From IMG/VR virus record IMGVR_UViG_3300017780_003486: a stretch of 20,000 nucleotides of DNA; one strand, written 5' to 3'. Made by a program: the position numbers and the translations under genes. This DNA comes from an uncultured virus (IMG/VR IMGVR_UViG_3300017780_003486). Taxonomy: Duplodnaviria; Heunggongvirae; Uroviricota; Caudoviricetes. The notes beneath the pieces are model-generated. The model had not been told where the DNA came from. It was given only the letters and a program-made list of their open reading frames with translations, and did not search any database. Each line of letters begins with the position of its first letter. Within the stretch, counting starts at the first letter, position 1. Positions 14,692 to 20,000 of this stretch are shown here, in pieces.

Positions 14692-15425
14692 CGCGTCCAC
14701 CAGTACTTCGCCGTGAAGACCGTATCGGCATCGAAGTCTCCCGGCTTCCCTTCTTCCTTCCGTAGTAGCCAAGAGAGGTAGTCTCGCGGAACGTCCGACC
14801 AGAGAAGTCCGCGATGCTTACCGAAGCGAACGGTCTTCAGAAGGATCGGTTGCTTCGTAAGTTCGATCAGTTCTTCGGCGGAGCGAACCGCTAGAAGCTC
14901 TAGAAGAATATGCGCCGTTACCCAGGCATCGGGAAGCGCTCGGTGGGGAGGAAGTCTCATAGCGTGCGTCGCCCGAACGTCCTTCATAATCTTTTCGTTC
15001 AGGCCGGGGATCGAGTAGCGGATCGTCTGATTGCCGTGGCTGGCGAGGTCTGGCCAGATTTGGCGAGAACAACGGTAGGTACAAATCCACGGACCTTCCG
15101 GAAAGAACTGCCGGTCGTATTCCGAGTTATGGGCGGCTCTCGCGTGAGGTTCGGGTTTCGCCATCGTCTTGAGCGCGTCTTCGAACGAAGGCGCATCGGA
15201 AACGTCTTCGTCCGAAATGTGGTGAACGCCGCGAGCTTCCGGGGGAATAGGGACTCCGGGATTGATAAGCGATGAACGGACTCCACCGATCCCGCGAACG
15301 ATCCCCCAACGAGACTTTCCGAGCGCGAGAGCGACCGAAGCGAGTTCGACAACGCGCGGCTTCGCTTCGCCTTCGCGTCCGAGTCCGGTCGTCTCGGTAT
15401 CGACGACGTGGATAAGACTAACCAT
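14688..15425 (-). CDS. DEDDh 3'-5' exonuclease, exodeoxyribonuclease X / DnaQ-like
   Basis: Start at ATG 15425 (GGGGAG RBS). ExoI VVDTETTG, ExoII AHNSEYD, ExoIII HRALPDA; ExoX-type C-terminal FGKHRG..WSDVPRDYLSWL. Confidence 0.9.
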   Translation of the reverse strand: MVSLIHVVDTETTGLGREGEAKPRVVELASVALALGKSRWGIVRGIGGVRSSLINPGVPIPPEARGVHHISDEDVSDAPSFEDALKTMAKPEPHARAAHNSEYDRQFFPEGPWICTYRCSRQIWPDLASHGNQTIRYSIPGLNEKIMKDVRATHAMRLPPHRALPDAWVTAHILLELLAVRSAEELIELTKQPILLKTVRFGKHRGLLWSDVPRDYLSWLLRKEEGKPGDFDADTVFTAKYWWTR

Positions 15426-15891
15426 TGATCCAATCTCCCCAGAGGTTATGAACTTCGCGCTTCCTCTTCCTCGCGTACTCGACGCAACGGAACGTCCCGC
15501 CTTCACGGCTTCCGTCGTGGAGCGCGATGACGGCGGAGGAGCGGTCGACCATCCATTCGTTTCGCTTATGCATCTTCCAAGCGGCATATACGCCGTCGCT
15601 CACGAAGACGACTTCCTCGGCTCGGCTTAGGAGGAGTCGATAGCGCTCCTTCGTGGCCTCGGGCCAACGCGCCTCCTGTCCGGGGAACGGCACCGCCGCC
15701 TTGAACGGGACATCGAGGCGAACGCAGGCCGCCGCAACGGCGAGGTCGAAGCCGAGCGCCATACCGACGATCATCCCGCTTGGCTTCAGCCTCAGTAGAC
15801 CTTTCTCCGCAACCGCGATGAGGCGCGCGGTTACTTCATCGCTATAACCGCCGAGCTTATCGGGGCGGTGTCCGGTAGCTGCCATGATCAT
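15418..15891 (-). CDS. SLOG superfamily protein (YspA/DUF1273-like)
   Basis: Start at ATG 15891 (GGAGG RBS). ATGHRP, GMALGFD, AAVPF, RNEWMVDRS..VIALHDG..GGT..CVEYA motifs. Confidence 0.88.
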   Translation of the reverse strand: MIMAATGHRPDKLGGYSDEVTARLIAVAEKGLLRLKPSGMIVGMALGFDLAVAAACVRLDVPFKAAVPFPGQEARWPEATKERYRLLLSRAEEVVFVSDGVYAAWKMHKRNEWMVDRSSAVIALHDGSREGGTFRCVEYARKRKREVHNLWGDWING

Positions 15892-15904
15892 AAGACGATC
15901 CTCC

Positions 15905-15954
15905 AAAAAAAAGTGCCGCTCCCTTCCGCGAGGGGGTTTGCGGAAGAGAGCGGC
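15905..15954 (-). terminator. rho-independent terminator
   Basis: Sense: GCCGCTCTCTTCCGC-AAACCCCCTC-GCGGAAGGGAGCGGC-AC-TTTTTTTT (15-bp stem with one U-G pair, U8 tract). Confidence 0.8.
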
Positions 15955-16020
15955 GGGACAGAGTTTCAGGCTCGGAGCCGGGCAGGAACCGACTTGAGCT
16001 TTCGGTCCTTCTGTCCTTTT

Positions 16021-16914
16021 CTACATCGGACCGTCGCCGCCTTCGCCGTCGCCGCCACCGGTCGCGTTGTCCATCGTCCGGTTGTCGACGCCGACCTCAC
16101 CCTTCGAGAAGGCGTTATAGAGTGCGAGGCCCGCTTCGTAGTCCTCGCGCGTTTCGATCCAGCCGGCATCCTCGACGTTGAAGAGGAACCAACTCTGGCC
16201 GACCGGGTTCGTCTTCAGCTTCGTCGTGAGACGATAGAGCTTCGCGAAGCTCGCCGCCTTCGTAACGCCGTCCGGGAGGAAGACGTTGTTCATGCGGAAC
16301 ATCCACTCGCGCGAGACCTGGTGCCCGGACGAAACGAGCGGGATAACATACGCGGGCTTCGATCCGTCTTCGCGGAAGACGCGGCCGATGTGATAGCGGG
16401 TCTCGATGATCTCGTTGCCGTTCGGCATGACCCACTTGACCTTGTTCTTGTTCTTCGGGTCTTCGCGCTTCACGGCCTCCTTCGGAACCACCTTGTGCTT
16501 GGTCACGAAGCCGCCGCCCGAGTCGCGCGGGACCCATTCGACGAAGTCCTTGTCGAAGATGCACGGCTGGAAGAGGATGCCTTCTTCGCCGACGACGAAC
16601 GGATCGTCAGAGTTCTTGAGCCAGATCATCGAGGCTTCGGCACCTTCGATGTACTTCGGATCGCGCGGCTTGGCCTGCGGGCTGCCGTCCTGAAGGATCG
16701 TGATGATCGGGATCAGGTTGTCGGAAGCATCGGTCGAGACGCCGAGACCCGCGTGCTGCTGCATCGTCGCGAGCAGATCGTTCGGCGGTCCGGAGTTCTC
16801 GGCCGACGCGACCTCGCGCTTCGGTGTCGTCGCGACCTCCTGGCGACCGCGCGCCGGAGCGGCGGTTCGGGACTGCTGCGACTTCGCGTTCTTCTTATCG
16901 ATGGGCTTCGCCAT
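16021..16914 (-). CDS. putative phage ssDNA-binding / replication protein
   Basis: Start at ATG 16914 (AGGAG RBS); 297 aa. IPIITILQDGSPQ..KYIEGAE..EWVPRDSGGGFV..GNEIIETRYH motifs and an acidic Gly-rich C-terminal tail, in a replication module. Function is inferred. Confidence 0.6.
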   Translation of the reverse strand: MAKPIDKKNAKSQQSRTAAPARGRQEVATTPKREVASAENSGPPNDLLATMQQHAGLGVSTDASDNLIPIITILQDGSPQAKPRDPKYIEGAEASMIWLKNSDDPFVVGEEGILFQPCIFDKDFVEWVPRDSGGGFVTKHKVVPKEAVKREDPKNKNKVKWVMPNGNEIIETRYHIGRVFREDGSKPAYVIPLVSSGHQVSREWMFRMNNVFLPDGVTKAASFAKLYRLTTKLKTNPVGQSWFLFNVEDAGWIETREDYEAGLALYNAFSKGEVGVDNRTMDNATGGGDGEGGDGPM

Positions 16915-16916
16915 TT

Positions 16917-17357
16917 TCACTTCTCCTGTTCTTCGACATATCGCTTCTTCGTATCGTCCCAGACCTTGCGGCCGGGGAACTCCTTCAGAAGAAGGAGGCA
17001 AAACTCTCTCGCCTCCTTCTCCGCGAGGGCGGCGCTCTGACCGCGTGCCCTCTTGCTCATCTTGACGAACTCGACTCTCGTCATAGAGACCTCGGTGGAG
17101 GTCTTGAGTACGCGCCTCATCCGATGGTTCTCGAAAGAGTCGACGCCCTTCTCTCCGACCCAGTAGAACGTCTGACTCTGAAGAGCGTCCCATTCGAACT
17201 TCGAAAGCTGGTCTTCGCATAGGCAGACGCTCCACCACCAATGTCCGTCCGGTTCCTCGGTCGAGAAGCCTCCCCATCTAACCTCGATGGAGAAGCCGTT
17301 CGCCTCGGATCGCCAGCCGGTTCGGCCGTGAACGAACTCGTCGATGGACGGTCTCAC
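16917..17357 (-). CDS. hypothetical protein
   Basis: 146 aa; GTG start in a GTGA overlap; AAGGAG RBS. Confidence 0.65.
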   Translation of the reverse strand: MRPSIDEFVHGRTGWRSEANGFSIEVRWGGFSTEEPDGHWWWSVCLCEDQLSKFEWDALQSQTFYWVGEKGVDSFENHRMRRVLKTSTEVSMTRVEFVKMSKRARGQSAALAEKEAREFCLLLLKEFPGRKVWDDTKKRYVEEQEK

Positions 17358-18076
17358 TTCTTCTCCTTCAGCGGCTTGATATCGGCGACCGTGCCGACGA
17401 ACGCGCCGATCTTTTCGAGGTCGGGGACAAACTTGTCGTTCTCGACCTTCCGCTTAAGCCACGCCGTGAGGGAGTTCCACGGCACGCCGCGCTCGATGAC
17501 CGGAGTCGGGACGCGAACGGCTTCGACCTTCTGCTTCGCTCCCTTCTTCGCCTTGCCGACCTTCTTGACGATCTTGAGTTTCGAGACCTTCTCGATGAAG
17601 TCGCCCGTCGCTCCCTGATCCTCCTTCGGGAAGAAGTAGGTGATCGTGGTCTTGATCAGATCGCCCTCGCCGATTTTTTCGAGATAGGCGAAGGCCGCAT
17701 CGCGGCGCTGTGGCTCCCAGTCCGTTTTGATGTTCGCCTGATAGAAGGGAACGCGAACGCACTCGACGGCCGGGGCGTTTCCTTCCGCTTGGAGGGTGAT
17801 CGCCGGGATGCCGTTGTCCTCCATGAACTGGGGGATATCGAGCGTCCGCGCCTTCGTCAGACGAGCCTTGAGCGCGTCGATCTCTTCTTCCTTCTGCGTC
17901 ACCATCATCTGGATATCGCGAGCCGCGCCGACGAGTACGCGAAGACGGTCGAGTTTGTCTTCGCTCGCAACGACCGGCTTTTCCTTCACCGCCGCGACGA
18001 CTGCCGCTGACGGTCCTTTCGGTTCCTTCGCCGTCATCGTCGGTACGATGGGCGTCTTCAACTTCTTCCTGCTCAC
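17354..18076 (-). CDS. conserved phage replication-module protein of unknown function
   Basis: Start reassigned to GTG 18076 (GTGA overlap, GGAGG RBS). Coiled-coil N-terminus, then LDIPQFMEDNGI...AAFAYLEKIGEGDLIKT...WNSLTAWLK. Confidence 0.7.
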   Translation of the reverse strand: MSRKKLKTPIVPTMTAKEPKGPSAAVVAAVKEKPVVASEDKLDRLRVLVGAARDIQMMVTQKEEEIDALKARLTKARTLDIPQFMEDNGIPAITLQAEGNAPAVECVRVPFYQANIKTDWEPQRRDAAFAYLEKIGEGDLIKTTITYFFPKEDQGATGDFIEKVSKLKIVKKVGKAKKGAKQKVEAVRVPTPVIERGVPWNSLTAWLKRKVENDKFVPDLEKIGAFVGTVADIKPLKEKK

Positions 18077-18354
18077 GTTCGTTCCTCCAACCAATAGGAG
18101 ATTGAGTTAGGCCCCCTCCTCCCTTCCTTCATAATTCGGAAGGGCTCGCGATTTGCCTCGACTTTCTTAGCGAGGGTCCGAAGGGCTCCGCGAACGGAGC
18201 CAGCCGGATCGAAAAGAGGCTCGGTCACCAAGACTCTTTCGGTGTAGCGGCGACTAACCAGCTCGGCCGTCGTCCGCTTTCGCTTCGAGAGGCACTTGAA
18301 GATAGCCTTCTCTGCCGCTGAGTAGGGGACGGCACCCGAGCTGGTCAGTTTCAT
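18073..18354 (-). CDS. putative winged-helix-like DNA-binding protein (paralog of 1279-1584)
   Basis: 93 aa; aligns by eye along its whole length with the 1279-1584 product. Confidence 0.7.
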   Translation of the reverse strand: MKLTSSGAVPYSAAEKAIFKCLSKRKRTTAELVSRRYTERVLVTEPLFDPAGSVRGALRTLAKKVEANREPFRIMKEGRRGPNSISYWLEERT

Positions 18355-18369
18355 CTGGCCTGGACCGGG

Positions 18370-18675
18370 CTAGGCTTCGGCGGCTGCCGGCGCTGCGGGC
18401 TTCACCTTCTTGGTCTTCAGGATGCCGGCGTCGATGCTCTTCGTGATCAGGCCGCGCTTCGCGCTCGTGTTCTTGATCACGTCGGCGACCGTGCAGCCGG
18501 GGTTCTTGCCGACATACTTGGCCATGTCCGCGAACCGCGCGTGCGCCGCGCTTCCTTCCCGGCGCGGGTTCTCGCCGACCGACACGATCTGCATGTCCGC
18601 GCCGTACTTCATCTTTGCCGGAGCCTTCTTCTTCGCCGCGACCTTCTTCTTCGCGGCCTTCTTCTTCGCTGCCAT
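18370..18675 (-). CDS. small basic histone-like protein
   Basis: Start reassigned to ATG 18675 (MAAKKKAAKKKVAAKKKAPAK), followed by an NPRREGSAAHARF domain; 101 aa. Confidence 0.7.
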   Translation of the reverse strand: MAAKKKAAKKKVAAKKKAPAKMKYGADMQIVSVGENPRREGSAAHARFADMAKYVGKNPGCTVADVIKNTSAKRGLITKSIDAGILKTKKVKPAAPAAAEA

Positions 18676-18759
18676 GTTCCTGTCCTTCCTTACTTTCTTT
18701 CTCTCGCCCATTATTGGGGAGCCCACTTAGCTAACCTACGAACTACACGGATGAAAGAC

Positions 18760-20000
18760 CTATGTTGACGAGGATTTGGCCCTATTGCGCTCCTCCGCTT
18801 GGCTCATCTCCCCTAGATACTTGATCGCCGTGATGCGGATCATCCGGAAGTCCTTCGGAACGTCACCCTTGACCGCGAAGATACTCTTCCCGACCTTCGC
18901 CTGTGCGGCGACGTTACGACCGATCTGCTGGAAGTTCCTGTAGGTGATCTTGCAGAATATCTCCCCGGTATCGTCTTCGAAGAAAAGATTGAGCGCGTCG
19001 GCCGGTTCCGGAAGAACCTCCTGTTGTCCGTTCGCCTTTCTACGCGCCTGACGTGCCGGTACGTTCTCGTTAAGCGGTTGAACCTTCGAGACGCGAGCGA
19101 CGATAACGACGCCGTATTCTCCTCCACCGATCTGATCGATAGGGGTCGGCTTCGTAACGATCCCGACTGCCGGGAGGTCGGGAACGATCTTCTCGACCGC
19201 ATCGGCAATGGGCGTGAGCGAGTTCAGTTTCGTCTGGGCGTTCGCGAGCTTCTTCAAGATCGATGGGCGAAGCTCCTTCTTCGCTACGCGAGCGTCGAGA
19301 ATATCGCGAACGGTTGACGGACCGATCCCGTGGATATTCGAAAGCGGCCCGACGAGTACCGGCTTCCCGGAGTCTTCGCCGATCTCCCAACGGTCGGTGG
19401 ATACGGCCGGATCGAACGCGACATAGTTGACGCCGATCTCCTTCATCTCGCGAAGAGCCGCGACCTGACGCATCTGGTCGTCTTCCGCATCGAGTGTAGC
19501 GGCGGCGAACTCGACCGGATAGTGAACCTTGAGCCAGCAGCACCAGTACGATATAAGACCGTAGGCGACGGAGTGGCTTCGGTTAAACGACCACATGCCG
19601 AACTGACACATACGATCCCAGAACGAGTTCGCGAGCCGTTCGGTCATACCGCGCTTGATTGCTCCGGCCTTCCAACGGTCGCCGAACTGGTCGAAGTATT
19701 CCTTTCCGAGAGACTTCGACATCGCCTTGCGGAGCGCGGTCACGTCGTCCCAAGTAAGGTCTCCGATCTCGCGACCGATTGACATGATCTGCTCCTGATA
19801 GACCACGAGCCCGAGGGTACTCTTCAGGTGGGGCTCTAGCATCGGGTGCTCGTACTCGACGCGCTCCTTCCCGGCGCGGCGTCTGATCCACTGGTCGGTC
19901 ATACCCGAGCCCAGCGGGCCGGGACGGACAAGCGCGGTGAGGGCGATCAGGTCTTCGATATGATCGAGCTTCCCGCCAACGTCGTTACGGAGACGGCGAA
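18760..20000 (-). CDS. dnaE: DNA polymerase III alpha subunit (family C, DnaE-like), C-terminal part
   Basis: The frame is open to the window end: IEDLIALTALVRPGPL, TLGLVVYQEQIM, LRKAMSK, SFNRSHSVAY..ISY..WLKVHYPVEF, HhH motif LSNIHGIG, C-terminal OB fold (FEDDTGEI). Confidence 0.93.
   Translation of the reverse strand, partial: RRLRNDVGGKLDHIEDLIALTALVRPGPLGSGMTDQWIRRRAGKERVEYEHPMLEPHLKSTLGLVVYQEQIMSIGREIGDLTWDDVTALRKAMSKSLGKEYFDQFGDRWKAGAIKRGMTERLANSFWDRMCQFGMWSFNRSHSVAYGLISYWCCWLKVHYPVEFAAATLDAEDDQMRQVAALREMKEIGVNYVAFDPAVSTDRWEIGEDSGKPVLVGPLSNIHGIGPSTVRDILDARVAKKELRPSILKKLANAQTKLNSLTPIADAVEKIVPDLPAVGIVTKPTPIDQIGGGEYGVVIVARVSKVQPLNENVPARQARRKANGQQEVLPEPADALNLFFEDDTGEIFCKITYRNFQQIGRNVAAQAKVGKSIFAVKGDVPKDFRMIRITAIKYLGEMSQAEERNRAKSSST

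Noticed and set aside
1239..18420. Other CUGANGA matches on the minus strand (e.g. near 1240, 2978, 7507, 14835, 16213, 16604, 17835, 18415)
   Set aside because: All lie inside coding sequence, and I saw no accompanying hammerhead stem arrangement; this was not checked computationally.
14692..18726. ORF-track N-terminal extensions (to 14772, 15587, 17277, 18094, 18726)
   Set aside because: Most overlap upstream genes in other frames; internal starts with a clear SD or a stop-start overlap (14691, 15425, 16914, 18076, 18675) fit better.

Overview
A GC-rich bacteriophage (or prophage) segment with all credible genes on the minus strand; an alphaproteobacterial host is plausible but only inferred. 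Read in the direction of transcription (right to left), it has four parts. (1) A DNA metabolism module: DnaE-type polymerase (partial), a histone-like protein, a wHTH-like protein, a putative SSB, a SLOG protein, an ExoX-like DEDDh exonuclease and a VRR-NUC/Holliday-junction-type nuclease. (2) A ~700-bp palindrome-rich non-coding gap. (3) A ~13-kb early/accessory region of small genes, including a SAM methyltransferase, DUF2786, H1-like proteins, DUF932 and pyrimidine-dimer glycosylase denV. (4) A SNF2-type helicase (partial). The main observation is that the accessory region is punctuated by ten copies of a ~60-nt structured intergenic element (sense consensus GGAAGCUCUAACGGUGA-GAGC[variable hairpin]GCUC-GAUCCG-CCAGCGCUUCCGCUGG). 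Each copy typically runs from the upstream stop codon to just before the next Shine-Dalgarno sequence. The copies show covarying stems, UNCG tetraloops and a likely pseudoknot. A canonical type II hammerhead ribozyme occupies the same kind of stop-to-RBS position at 5381-5442. Together these suggest an RNA-based system that processes or regulates a phage polycistronic mRNA gene by gene, possibly involving a ribozyme or RNA motif I cannot assign to a known class.
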